Made by a program: the position numbers and the translations under genes. The notes beneath the pieces were generated by a model. That model was not told where the DNA came from. It saw nothing but the letters and a program-made list of their open reading frames with translations, and did no database searches. From an uncultured Streptococcus sp. (GTDB lineage: Bacteria; Bacillota; Bacilli; Lactobacillales; Streptococcaceae), in contig CABSRC010000001.1 of the NCBI GenBank assembly GCA_902480035.1, forward strand, positions 1-42,732: a DNA stretch of 42,732 nt, written 5' to 3'. Positions 9,740 through 18,453 of the stretch are shown piece by piece (the stretch's first letter is position 1; every line of letters starts with the position of its first letter).

Positions 9740-11017
9740 TTAAGATATTATTTCAATAATTTCTTTAACGCTTTCAGCCCCTTCTAGTATTTTAACATTT
9801 TTTTTGAATTCTGTAACGCTTTCTTGTGAATTTTTTTCATTCACGAAAATACGAGCAATGCGTTCCCCTTTTTTAACCTGCTCTCCCACTTTTTTGTCAA
9901 ATACAATCCCTGTTTCATAATCAAGCGGATCCGATTTGACAGCACGACCAGCACCAAGTCGCATGGCTAACAGGCCAAATTCCATGGCAGGTAAAGCCGC
10001 AATGACGCCATCTTGATCTGCTGTTACTTCAAGGACCTGATCTACTTTGACGGGACGATGCAAATCCTCTAAGTCTCCACCTTGTGCCACGACCATTTCT
10101 TCAAACTTGGCTAAGGCTTGTCCATTGCTCAAGTGTTCATGAATGGCTTCAATCGATTGATCTACATTGGCCAATTTCAACATGATTTGTGCTAATTCAC
10201 AAATAAACTCTGTGATATCAGCACGCCCCTGTCCTTTTAGAATATCCAGGGCTTCCAAAATCTCTAAACGATTGCCAATACTGGTTCCCAAAGGTTGGCT
10301 CATATCTGTAATGACAGCGATTGTCTTGCGCCCTACGGCATTACCGAGATCCACCATGGTACGAGCTAGTTCACGCGCCTCTTCAATGGTCTTCATAAAG
10401 GCCCCTTCTCCAACTGTGACATCGAGAAGAATGGCATCAGCACCAGCTGCAATTTTCTTACTCATGACGGAGCTAGCAATCAAAGGAATGGTATCCACCG
10501 TCGCCGTCACGTCCCGAAGAGCATACAAGAGTTTATCTGCTTTTACGAGTTGGTCAGATTGCCCAATGACCGATAAGCCGATCTCTTGCACCTGCTGGAT
10601 GAATTCTTCTTGGGAGCGTTCAATTTGGAAGCCTTTAATGGATTCCAACTTATCGATGGTTCCACCTGTGTGGCCTAAGCCACGACCGCTCATTTTAGCA
10701 ACTGGCACTCCGAAACTTGCAACCAGAGGTACCAAGACCAAGGTTACCTTGTCTCCCACACCACCAGTTGAATGTTTGTCCACCTTGATTCCTGGAATTG
10801 CTGACAGGTCAAACTGTTGCCCTGTTTGGACCATCTTCATGGTCATATGAGAGATTTCTTCTGTCGTCATCCCTTTAAAATAAACAGCCATAGCAAAAGC
10901 AGACATTTGGTAATCTGGAACTGTTCCAGCCACATATCCCTCAATCAGCCATTCAATTTCTTCTTTGTTTAAGGCAAGACCATCTCTTTTTTTCTGAATG
11001 ATATCTACTGCTCTCAT
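9740..11017 (-). CDS. pdp: Pyrimidine-nucleoside phosphorylase
   Basis: [29 protein letters not shown] and SSVMSKK motifs. Confidence 0.97.
   Translation of the reverse strand: MRAVDIIQKKRDGLALNKEEIEWLIEGYVAGTVPDYQMSAFAMAVYFKGMTTEEISHMTMKMVQTGQQFDLSAIPGIKVDKHSTGGVGDKVTLVLVPLVASFGVPVAKMSGRGLGHTGGTIDKLESIKGFQIERSQEEFIQQVQEIGLSVIGQSDQLVKADKLLYALRDVTATVDTIPLIASSVMSKKIAAGADAILLDVTVGEGAFMKTIEEARELARTMVDLGNAVGRKTIAVITDMSQPLGTSIGNRLEILEALDILKGQGRADITEFICELAQIMLKLANVDQSIEAIHEHLSNGQALAKFEEMVVAQGGDLEDLHRPVKVDQVLEVTADQDGVIAALPAMEFGLLAMRLGAGRAVKSDPLDYETGIVFDKKVGEQVKKGERIARIFVNEKNSQESVTEFKKNVKILEGAESVKEIIEIIS
9764..9824 (-). promoter_or_regulatory. Putative internal promoter (extended -10) with two cre-like sites inside the 3' end of pdp
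   Basis: Minus strand TG-T-TAAAAT (9789-9797), GTTACA 17 bp upstream (9812-9817), and GAAAGCGTTA at 9766-9775 and 9814-9823. Confidence 0.5.
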
Positions 11018-11607
11018 GATTCTTTCTCACTTCTTAAAATATAATAGCCTTTGTCTTTTTTTACGATCTCACAATTGCCAAACGTCTCTTCCATCTTGGC
11101 CTTAGCACTTGGAGCCCCTTGCTTTTTCTGAATGACAATGGTCAAGTCTCCACCTGGCTTCAAATGATCAAAACTACCGGTGATCACCTGATGAACCACT
11201 TTTTTACCAGCTCGGATTGGCGGATTACTGATCACATGGTCAAAAAACCCTTCAACCGCTTCATAGACATCCGAAGAAAAGATCTGAGCTTCCACGCCAT
11301 TTCGGCTGGCATTTTTCTTAGCCAAGTCTAGCGCCCGCTCATTGACATCCACCATGGTCACGGCGACTCCCTGTGCTTTAGCTAGAGAGAGGCCAATTGG
11401 ACCATAGCCACAACCGACATCAAGAACGCTTTCCCCTCCTTGGAAATCCAGGGTTGATAAGAGCACCTGACTTCCATAATCTATCATTTTTTTACTAAAG
11501 ACGCCCGCATCTGTATAGAAATTCATCTTTTGTCCCAATAAAACAACAGCCAGATCATGAATATCATGGGCTGCATCTGGGTTTATATCGAAATACATTT
11601 TACTCAT
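11014..11607 (-). CDS. Class I SAM-dependent methyltransferase (RsmC/YbxB-like, MTS domain)
   Basis: GVFS, LDVGCGYG and SNPPIRAGK motifs. Confidence 0.9.
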   Translation of the reverse strand: MSKMYFDINPDAAHDIHDLAVVLLGQKMNFYTDAGVFSKKMIDYGSQVLLSTLDFQGGESVLDVGCGYGPIGLSLAKAQGVAVTMVDVNERALDLAKKNASRNGVEAQIFSSDVYEAVEGFFDHVISNPPIRAGKKVVHQVITGSFDHLKPGGDLTIVIQKKQGAPSAKAKMEETFGNCEIVKKDKGYYILRSEKES

Positions 11608-11613
11608 AAGGTT

Positions 11614-11622
11614 ATTTTATCA
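11614..11622 (-). promoter_or_regulatory. Extended -10 promoter of the methyltransferase-pdp operon (likely leaderless)
   Basis: TG-A-TAAAAT lies 6 nt before the ATG; no SD in between. Confidence 0.6.
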
Positions 11623-11645
11623 TAATTCATTCGTTTTTTAAATCG

Positions 11646-11674
11646 TTTACACGACCTCTAAAAATTGGTATACT
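11646..11674 (+). promoter_or_regulatory. sigmaA promoter of coaA
   Basis: TTTACA-17 nt-TATACT with TG extension; AGGAG SD before ATG 11699. Confidence 0.7.
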
Positions 11675-11698
11675 AAAGACTACAAATAGGAGTGACAT

Positions 11699-12619
11699 AT
11701 GGACAAAGAATTTCTACATTTTGAAAAAATCAATCGGGAAACCTGGCAAAATTTGCATCGCAAAACCACCCCGCCTCTCTCTCAAACAGAGCTTAATTCT
11801 ATTAAAAGTTTTAACGACCGCATCAACCTCCAGGATGTGCGTGACGTCTACCTGCCTTTGACAAACTTGATCGGAATCTACAAGCGTTCCAAAGAAGATT
11901 TGGCCTTTTCAAAAGGGATTTTTCTTCAAAAAAACAGTGAACGCCAACCCTTTATCATTGGGGTTTCTGGGAGTGTCGCTGTTGGGAAATCGACTACTAG
12001 CCGTCTTCTCCAAATCCTACTTTCGCGGACCTTCGAAGGCTCGACCGTGGAATTGGTGACAACAGATGGCTTTCTCTATCCAAATGCTATCTTAAAAGAA
12101 CAAGAGCTCCTCAATCGAAAAGGATTTCCTGAAAGCTATGACATGGAATTGCTTCTTGATTTTCTCAATCAAATCAAAAACAACAAAAGTGTAGAAATCC
12201 CTGTCTATTCCCACGAAATTTACGATATTGTCCCAGATGAGAAGCAAACGATTTTACCGGCTGATTTTGTCATTGTAGAAGGAATCAATGTCTTTCAAAA
12301 TCCACAAAATGACAGTCTCTATATGACCGATTTCTTTGATTTTTCAATCTATGTGGATGCCGCAGTCGATGATATCGAATCTTGGTATATCGATCGCTTC
12401 CAAAAACTCCTGGCATTAGCTCAAAATGATCCCAAGAACTACTACTATCGGTTTACAGAGCAACCCCTAGAAGAAGTTTTAAGCATGGCCCATCAGGTTT
12501 GGGAATCCATTAATTTAGTCAACTTGCAACATTACATTCAACCAACCAGAAACCGAGCTGATTTAATTCTTCATAAGGCAACCAACCATGAAATCGACGA
12601 AATTTATCTCAAACGCTAG
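11699..12619 (+). CDS. coaA: Type I pantothenate kinase
   Basis: [24 protein letters not shown] and IVEGIN motifs. Confidence 0.97.
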   Translation: MDKEFLHFEKINRETWQNLHRKTTPPLSQTELNSIKSFNDRINLQDVRDVYLPLTNLIGIYKRSKEDLAFSKGIFLQKNSERQPFIIGVSGSVAVGKSTTSRLLQILLSRTFEGSTVELVTTDGFLYPNAILKEQELLNRKGFPESYDMELLLDFLNQIKNNKSVEIPVYSHEIYDIVPDEKQTILPADFVIVEGINVFQNPQNDSLYMTDFFDFSIYVDAAVDDIESWYIDRFQKLLALAQNDPKNYYYRFTEQPLEEVLSMAHQVWESINLVNLQHYIQPTRNRADLILHKATNHEIDEIYLKR

Positions 12620-12668
12620 AGAAAATGGCCTTTTAACGGTACTTTTTTAAGGAAAAGCTATTTTAGGC

Positions 12669-12697
12669 TTGTCAAATCATAACTTTTCATATATAAT
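12669..12697 (+). promoter_or_regulatory. sigmaA promoter of rpsT
   Basis: TTGTCA-17 nt-TATAAT. Confidence 0.75.
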
Positions 12698-12730
12698 GAG
12701 ATAGTTAGATTATCAATGGAGGTGAATAAC

Positions 12731-12964
12731 TTGGCAAACATTAAATCAGCTATCAAACGCGCTGAATTGAACGTTAAACAAAACGAAAAAAACTCAGCTC
12801 AAAAATCAGCTATGCGTACTGCAATCAAAGCTTTTGAAGCAAACCCATCTGAAGAACTTTACCGCGCTGCTAGCTCAGCTATCGATAAAGCAGAAACTAA
12901 AGGTTTGATCCACAAGAACAAAGCTAGCCGTGATAAAGCACGTCTTGCAGCGAAACTTGGTTAA
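12731..12964 (+). CDS. rpsT: 30S ribosomal protein S20
   Basis: ANIKSAIKR...[19 protein letters not shown] start at 12731 behind GGAGGTG. Confidence 0.97.
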   Translation: MANIKSAIKRAELNVKQNEKNSAQKSAMRTAIKAFEANPSEELYRAASSAIDKAETKGLIHKNKASRDKARLAAKLG

Positions 12965-12984
12965 TCAAGAACAGCATAAAAATC

Positions 12985-13005
12985 AAGCTCTCCGGAGCTT
13001 TTTTT
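12985..13005 (+). terminator. rpsT intrinsic terminator
   Basis: AAGCTC-TCCG-GAGCTT followed by a T run. Confidence 0.8.
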
Positions 13006-13030
13006 GTTCCTAAATTTTTGAGAGGTGCTT

Positions 13031-13540
13031 ATGAAAATTGTTATTATCGGCTATTCTGGATCTGGAAAATCTACCTTGGCTGAAAACTTAGCTCGCTACC
13101 ACTCCATCCCTAAGCTTCATATGGATACCCTTCAATTTCAACCGGGATGGATAGACAGTGACCGGGATTGGATGGAGGGACAGATGAAACAGTTTCTTAG
13201 CCAACATAAAGACTGGGTCATTGATGGAAATTATTCATGGTGTTGCTATGAGGGAAGAATGGAGCAAGCAGACCACATTATCTTTCTCAATTTCTCTCGT
13301 TGGAACTGCCTCTATAGAGCCTGGAAACGATACCGTCGTTATAAGGGACGCGTTCGCGAGAGTATGGCAGCAGGCTGCCCAGAACGCTTTGACTGGGAAT
13401 TCATCCGTTGGATTCTCTGGGACGGTCGAACTAAGAATGCCAAAGAAAGGTATCGAAATATCCGTTCTACCTATCCCGATAAATTCATCTCTCTCAAGAA
13501 TCAAAAAGAGCTGGATGCATTTCTAAAAATAATACAATAA
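13031..13540 (+). CDS. DNA topology modulation protein FlaR-like (adenylate-kinase-like P-loop)
   Basis: IIGYSGSGKSTLA, WVIDGNY and GCPERFDWEFIRWI motifs; ATG 13031 behind GAGG. Confidence 0.85.
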   Translation: MKIVIIGYSGSGKSTLAENLARYHSIPKLHMDTLQFQPGWIDSDRDWMEGQMKQFLSQHKDWVIDGNYSWCCYEGRMEQADHIIFLNFSRWNCLYRAWKRYRRYKGRVRESMAAGCPERFDWEFIRWILWDGRTKNAKERYRNIRSTYPDKFISLKNQKELDAFLKIIQ

Positions 13541-13572
13541 AAAAGGTTGGGATTTATATCCCAGCCTTTTTT
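13539..13572. terminator. Bidirectional terminator between the convergent FlaR-like gene and ldcB
   Basis: AAAAAAGGTTGGGAT-TTAT-ATCCCAGCCTTTTTT. Confidence 0.8.
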
Positions 13573-14350
13573 ATTTATCAACGTAATCGCCACCAGTGAA
13601 GCCATAGTATTCTTCCAGACTCAAGCCTGAGTCCGCGATATCCTGTGCTTCTTTTCCGATATAGCGAAGATGCCAGCTTTCTGGCATATAACCTGTCACC
13701 TTTTCTTTTGCTTCTTGGTAACGAACCACAAAGCCATATTTAGCAGCATTCTTGAGCAACCACTTACTTGGTCCAGGTTCAGTTACCAAATTACCACTGG
13801 TATCGATCAAATCAAAGGTCAAACCAGTTTGGTGTTCACTATAGCCCGGTCTTGCGGAATAACGATCTGCGGCTTCTTGACCATCTTGATTGACATAATT
13901 TTGATAGAGTCCAACTTGGGTATCGTAGCTACGAAAACCACTATATTGGTCACTGATCGGATACCCCTCTGCCTGCATGGCTGCAATCAATTCATGAAGG
14001 GCTGAAACAGCTTCAGGATCTTCACCTGGATTAAAGTCCGGAGCCAAAGGATAATGTTTGTTGGCGATCATCACCTCACCATATTTTCCTTTAACACTAT
14101 AATAAGAACCATTGTAGCTAACACCAGAGTCCACTTTCACATCTGACTTACCAGCTTTTGACGACTCTTTTTTGCCAGTCTCTTTTGATGGATTCTTTGC
14201 AGAAGACGTTTCTTTGGAAGACTTGGTTTGCGTTTGCTTGGTTTCTTCTTTTGCAGAAGATTTAGAACTAGTGGATTGAGATTGGGAGCAAGCTGTCAGG
14301 GTTAACAAGGCAACTGTCACCAACGTTAATTTGGAAAATCTTGCTTTCAT
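13571..14350 (-). CDS. ldcB: LD-carboxypeptidase lipoprotein LdcB/DacB (peptidase M15B)
   Basis: Lipobox LTAC, S/K/T-rich linker, SGFRSY, SARPGYSEHQTGL and ESWHLRYIG motifs. Confidence 0.9.
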   Translation of the reverse strand: MKARFSKLTLVTVALLTLTACSQSQSTSSKSSAKEETKQTQTKSSKETSSAKNPSKETGKKESSKAGKSDVKVDSGVSYNGSYYSVKGKYGEVMIANKHYPLAPDFNPGEDPEAVSALHELIAAMQAEGYPISDQYSGFRSYDTQVGLYQNYVNQDGQEAADRYSARPGYSEHQTGLTFDLIDTSGNLVTEPGPSKWLLKNAAKYGFVVRYQEAKEKVTGYMPESWHLRYIGKEAQDIADSGLSLEEYYGFTGGDYVDK

Positions 14351-14360
14351 GGGGAATCTC

Positions 14361-16148
14361 CTATGATTCTTTTGTTACGACAATATCCGTGATCACATAA
14401 CTTGCACCTACTTTTTTCAAGGTGTAGGTCTTGTACTTGCGATTTTGTGAATCTGGATGACTATCTGTATAATGCACGGTAAAGTCTTCATAAGTCTTGA
14501 TGGTCACCACACCATTTTCTTCAGTGACACTTTGAATGTCCAAAGCTCCTGGTGTATAGTAGTCAATTTTAGCCTTTCGAACACCGTCACCAGTTGTGAA
14601 TTCTACCATGTCTTTGTAGGCTTGACTTTGTGTGTCATAGTATTTAGAATAAGTGTTATTTCGATTTGAAACTGAGCTAAAGACAGCATCGCGGTACTCT
14701 TTCAAGAACTCTTCTGCCAAGGTCCGATTTTGTTCTTCTTTGGCTGCCTGCGCTTTCTTAGCATCTTGTGCACTCTTGATACGTTTTAAGGTATCTTTGG
14801 CTAGTTTAAGTTCGATCGGATCGTTTTCACCCTCTTCAATCGTCACCTTAGCCTTTTCAGTTGTGTAGGTTTCCCCATTCATATTGAAGACGGCATGCAC
14901 TTCAATTTCTTGATAAGGGATGCTGTCTACTTCAAAGGTCGTGCTCGTTCCGACTTCTTTACCGTTGACCACAACCTTCACATCCGTTGGGTTTTCAACT
15001 TCATCTGGGAACTCAACTTCTAAATTCCGTTTTTCAGAATTCAATTGCAATTCTAAGTTATTCTTCGTTGCTTTTTTAGGATTGAGATGGATCTTAGAAG
15101 TGACATTTCCGACTTCTGTTTTAGCAGTCAATTCCATTTCTTTTGTATTGTAATGGAAAGAACCAAGATCTGTCACTGCATCTTTCTTCAAGGTCACGGT
15201 TTTATTAGTAGCCACTTTGAGTTTGGCTTGGTCTAAATTGGTCTTGACCTTGACTTGCACTGGATAGCTAGCCACACGGTATTCTTGGAAGATTCCAAAT
15301 TTCTTGTCCGCCTTTTCCAAACCAAAGATCTTGTTACCAGATTTATCCGTATAGGTGCCTTCTCCACCATTATCGATGATCTTGTTCAACTCTGTGCCAA
15401 TATCGACTCCTTGATCTTCCATGCTGGTGATCAAGCTTTCGGCTTCATCCTTTGTCCATTTATCGTTATCAGTTGAAAGCAGGTCTGCTGCTTCGCGATA
15501 ATCCTTGGTGTCCACTGCCTTAATAAATTTATCTGCAGTCACTTCGACACGTGTTGTAGACTGGAAGTAAAAGAAGGCTGCCACCAAAGCGATTACAAGA
15601 ACAGCAATGGCAGAAATAATCCCAATTTTTTTCTTAGAAAGTTTCTTCCCACTCTTCGTTTTAGGGGCCTTTGGTTTTTTCTGAGCTTGACTTGCCTCTG
15701 TAACGTTTGGACCAGTAAAGACTTGCGTTTGCTCAGTAGCAAGTGGAGCCGTATACTCTTGAGTCGGCTGTTGAGGGACATATTCCTGTGTTTCTTCAGT
15801 TGAATCTGTGTTCACAAATTCTGCTTCAGGAACAGGTCCTACAAAAAACTCGAAGTTCTGACTTTTGGCAGCGGTAAATTCTTCTGCATTTGGCTTGCGT
15901 CCATAGGTTTCTTCAAAATGTTGCAACCAAGCCTGACGAGCTGCCAGAAGTGGATCAACATTCTTCACTTCTTCAACTGGTTCAACCACTGGTTCCTCAA
16001 CAGGGGCTACTTCCTCTGCTGGGGCATTTCCTGCGATAGACTGAATTTGTTTTAAATCAAATCCACAGGCTTTCCCAGCCATAAACTCTTCTGGTGACGG
16101 TTTGCGACCGATCACTTTTTCAAATAATTCAACCCATTTCTTCTGCAT
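14361..16148 (-). CDS. Single-pass membrane protein, TcaA-like extracellular domains with C-terminal NTF2-like domain; duplicated N-terminal cytoplasmic module
   Basis: Start MQKKW (16148) behind GAGGGAG; Lys-rich stop-transfer then TM (IGIISAIAVLVIALVAAFFYF); KFIKAVDTKDY and KKFGIFQEYRV segments and C-terminal KTYEDF...YKTYTL pattern resemble TcaA-family proteins. Confidence 0.7.
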   Translation of the reverse strand: MQKKWVELFEKVIGRKPSPEEFMAGKACGFDLKQIQSIAGNAPAEEVAPVEEPVVEPVEEVKNVDPLLAARQAWLQHFEETYGRKPNAEEFTAAKSQNFEFFVGPVPEAEFVNTDSTEETQEYVPQQPTQEYTAPLATEQTQVFTGPNVTEASQAQKKPKAPKTKSGKKLSKKKIGIISAIAVLVIALVAAFFYFQSTTRVEVTADKFIKAVDTKDYREAADLLSTDNDKWTKDEAESLITSMEDQGVDIGTELNKIIDNGGEGTYTDKSGNKIFGLEKADKKFGIFQEYRVASYPVQVKVKTNLDQAKLKVATNKTVTLKKDAVTDLGSFHYNTKEMELTAKTEVGNVTSKIHLNPKKATKNNLELQLNSEKRNLEVEFPDEVENPTDVKVVVNGKEVGTSTTFEVDSIPYQEIEVHAVFNMNGETYTTEKAKVTIEEGENDPIELKLAKDTLKRIKSAQDAKKAQAAKEEQNRTLAEEFLKEYRDAVFSSVSNRNNTYSKYYDTQSQAYKDMVEFTTGDGVRKAKIDYYTPGALDIQSVTEENGVVTIKTYEDFTVHYTDSHPDSQNRKYKTYTLKKVGASYVITDIVVTKES

Positions 16149-16214
16149 GGATCTCTTCTCCCTCATTATAAAATAGGGAAAGTGGGTCCCCCCACCTTCC
16201 ATTTTGTGATATTG

Positions 16215-17327
16215 TTAGAATCCAAAGTTAGAGAAATTTGGAGCACTTGGAATAAATCCAGTAGCTACTTGTTCTAAAATACGAGCATTTACATAAAGAA
16301 CAAAGATGGCAATGAGAAGCAAGACAACAGATGATGCTACAAGAAGCAAGAATTTGTCTGCTTTAAAGCTCGTCTTGTTCAATCCTTGATGAACCACATA
16401 GCATGTTCCAACAAAGAACAAGAAGAAAATAAGGAAGTTTACAAAGCCATAAAATTCATAAACTTTTACAAGACCTACTAAGAAAGCGAGAAGGGCAAGT
16501 GGCAAAGTGTAAACAGACAAACGTCCAAATTCTTCAAATGAACGACCGTAACTATATTCCTTATCTTGAAGAACCACACGGCGAACAAAGAATCCAGCTA
16601 CTTGGAAAGCGTAAATGCTAAAGAAGAGGGAAATCAATGTCAACATAAAGGCACGGAAATCCATTCCATAACCACCTGTAAATCCACTAGCTGTGAAGAA
16701 GGTCCCCAAGGTCAAGACAAAGGCAGTCAAGATATACTGTAAAATTCCGTTAAGAGCTTTTGGATTTTCTACAGCTGTTGGACGTTTCAAAGCTGAAAAA
16801 AACCAATTCCAATAACCACCAACGGCAACACCAAATTGACTTGGTTGGGCAGGATAAGCTTGTCCTGGTTGTCCTTGGAAAGGAGCTTGTTGATAAGCTG
16901 CTTGAGTAGGTTGTTGGTAAGCTTGTTGTGAAGCTTGTTGGAAAGCAGGACCATTCGCTGGAGCAGGCTGAGGTGTAGGCTCTTGAACTGGAGCTGCTAC
17001 AAATTCTGGTGCTTCTGGAGCTGCAACTGGTTCTTGTGGAGCTGCTACAAATTCTGGAGCTTGTGGAGCTGCTACTGGTTCTTCTGTAGGTGCAGCTGGT
17101 GCTGCTGGTGCTGCTGGTGCTGCAACAAACTCTGGAGCTTGTGGCGCTGCAACCGGTTCTTCCACAGGTGCAGTTGGTGCTGCAACAAACTCTGGGGCTT
17201 GTGATGCTTCTGGAACCACTACTTCTTCTTGAAATTCTCCAGCAGCAAGTGCTTGAGCAATTTCTTCTGCACTAGCAGAACGACCATTTACGGCTTCAAA
17301 ATAATCCAGCCAATCTTGTTTTGACAT
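16215..17327 (-). CDS. Membrane protein with Pro/Ala/Gln-rich cytoplasmic region and C-terminal ~5-TM domain (DUF6574/Yip1-like)
   Basis: AAGGAG SD; YWNWFFSALKRP amphipathic motif followed by ~5 hydrophobic helices. Confidence 0.75.
   Translation of the reverse strand: MSKQDWLDYFEAVNGRSASAEEIAQALAAGEFQEEVVVPEASQAPEFVAAPTAPVEEPVAAPQAPEFVAAPAAPAAPAAPTEEPVAAPQAPEFVAAPQEPVAAPEAPEFVAAPVQEPTPQPAPANGPAFQQASQQAYQQPTQAAYQQAPFQGQPGQAYPAQPSQFGVAVGGYWNWFFSALKRPTAVENPKALNGILQYILTAFVLTLGTFFTASGFTGGYGMDFRAFMLTLISLFFSIYAFQVAGFFVRRVVLQDKEYSYGRSFEEFGRLSVYTLPLALLAFLVGLVKVYEFYGFVNFLIFFLFFVGTCYVVHQGLNKTSFKADKFLLLVASSVVLLLIAIFVLYVNARILEQVATGFIPSAPNFSNFGF
16989..17207 (-). repeat. Intragenic imperfect tandem repeat encoding 4 x APEFVAAP plus (AAP)n
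   Basis: Repeated GCTGC(A/T)ACAAA(C/T)TCTGG units and a GCTGCTGGT run visible in the DNA. Confidence 0.85.
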
Positions 17328-17361
17328 ATTTAATCTCCTTAACTATTGTTCATACTAGGGT

Positions 17362-17390
17362 ATTATACAAAATTTCTGAACCATTTTCAA
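17362..17390 (-). promoter_or_regulatory. sigmaA promoter for the DUF6574-like / TcaA-like / ldcB genes
   Basis: TTGAAA-17 nt-TATAAT on the minus strand. Confidence 0.7.
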
Positions 17391-17470
17391 TGAAAGACTG
17401 GAAAATCCCTGTAATATCTTTTGAAAAACATACAAATTCTATACATTTCTAGAAATTAGTAAAGAAAAAG

Positions 17471-17639
17471 AGGCTGGGCAAAAACTGTCCAGCCTTTGAA
17501 GTTTGATGGGAATAAGTGCAAGACGCAGTGGTTGATTGGCATCTTTGTTCGCCTTTTAAGCTCCAAAGATGACCTAATCAACTGTGCGGGGATGGGAAGA
17601 CGAACTCTTTTTTACTTGTCGGAGTTCTTTCCCACTCCC
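17471..17639. repeat. Palindromic intergenic repeat element, copy A
   Basis: Three hairpins; shares long near-identical blocks with 34219-34462 (e.g. GACGCAGTGGTTGATTGG, GCTCCAAAGATGACCTAAT, GGAGTTCTTTCCCACTCCC). Confidence 0.85.
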
Positions 17640-17644
17640 GTTTC

Positions 17645-17929
17645 TTAGGATTCAAATGCATCCATGCCACCTCGGACGTTGGTCACATCATAGCCTTGCT
17701 CTTCCAGAAATTGGCAAGCACGTGCTGAGCGTCGACCAGACTTGCAGATGACATAATAGGGGTGATCCAACTCTAGTTCTTGGTAGCGATCTGCTAACTC
17801 AGATAGGGGAAGAAGACGAACTCCATCTAAGTGAAGGGCATCATACTCTTCCTGCTCGCGTACATCAAGAACGTGTAAGTCTCCTTTTTGATAAGCTTGG
17901 TAAAAGCTTGAAAATAGAATTTCTTTCAT
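17645..17929 (-). CDS. Rhodanese-like domain protein
   Basis: LDVRE, ICKSGRRS active-site loop, NVRGGM. Confidence 0.92.
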   Translation of the reverse strand: MKEILFSSFYQAYQKGDLHVLDVREQEEYDALHLDGVRLLPLSELADRYQELELDHPYYVICKSGRRSARACQFLEEQGYDVTNVRGGMDAFES

Positions 17930-17949
17930 GATTTCTCCTATATGGTATG

Positions 17950-18441
17950 TTATGGAAGGGTTAGAATTTCATAGTTAAAGTCAATAGACTCTAAAAATCG
18001 GAACAAGTCTTGGGTTTTAATAAAGATGGTTTTTTCATTGGTATTGGGATGGAAAGTCATGATCTCCTCTGACACAATGTCTTTATCGAAATAGACTCGA
18101 ATATCTTTTTCTTCATTGTTTAATAAACCAAATGGAGAAACCGTTCCTGGAGGTAATTGCATTTTTTCAGCTAAAGAATCTGCTGAAGCCATGCGGATCC
18201 GGTTGGCTTCCACTTGCTCTTTGAAATCATCCATATCCAATGGTTTCTTGTCATCCATGATGAGCAGATAGAATTGGGTTTTCTTCTTGTTGGTCAAAAA
18301 CATGGACTTGGTCCGCACACCTTCTAAGCCTTCAATGTAAGAATCGGCCTGCTCAGTCGTGAATGCAGGTGGGTGTTCCACTACATCAAATTCGATCCCA
18401 AGTTCTTCTAATTTGTCTTTAACTTGTTGGTATGCATCCAT
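17950..18441 (-). CDS. YbaK/ProX (PrdX)-family aminoacyl-tRNA editing protein
   Basis: EHPPAFT, TKSMFL, GTVSPFGL and FHPNTN motifs. Confidence 0.88.
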   Translation of the reverse strand: MDAYQQVKDKLEELGIEFDVVEHPPAFTTEQADSYIEGLEGVRTKSMFLTNKKKTQFYLLIMDDKKPLDMDDFKEQVEANRIRMASADSLAEKMQLPPGTVSPFGLLNNEEKDIRVYFDKDIVSEEIMTFHPNTNEKTIFIKTQDLFRFLESIDFNYEILTLP

Positions 18442-18453
18442 CTTCGATCTCCT

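Noticed and set aside
10167..10850. 227-aa plus-strand ORF
   Set aside because: Antisense mirror of pdp; no SD and no recognisable motif.
16935..17204. Cys/Trp-rich repetitive 89-aa ORF resembling a RiPP or bacteriocin precursor
   Set aside because: It is the antisense reading of the APEFVAAP repeat; no SD and no modification or export genes nearby.
17471..17639. CRISPR array, tRNA or T-box interpretation of the palindromic repeats
   Set aside because: No regularly spaced direct repeats, no cloverleaf and no T-box consensus; only two dispersed copies.
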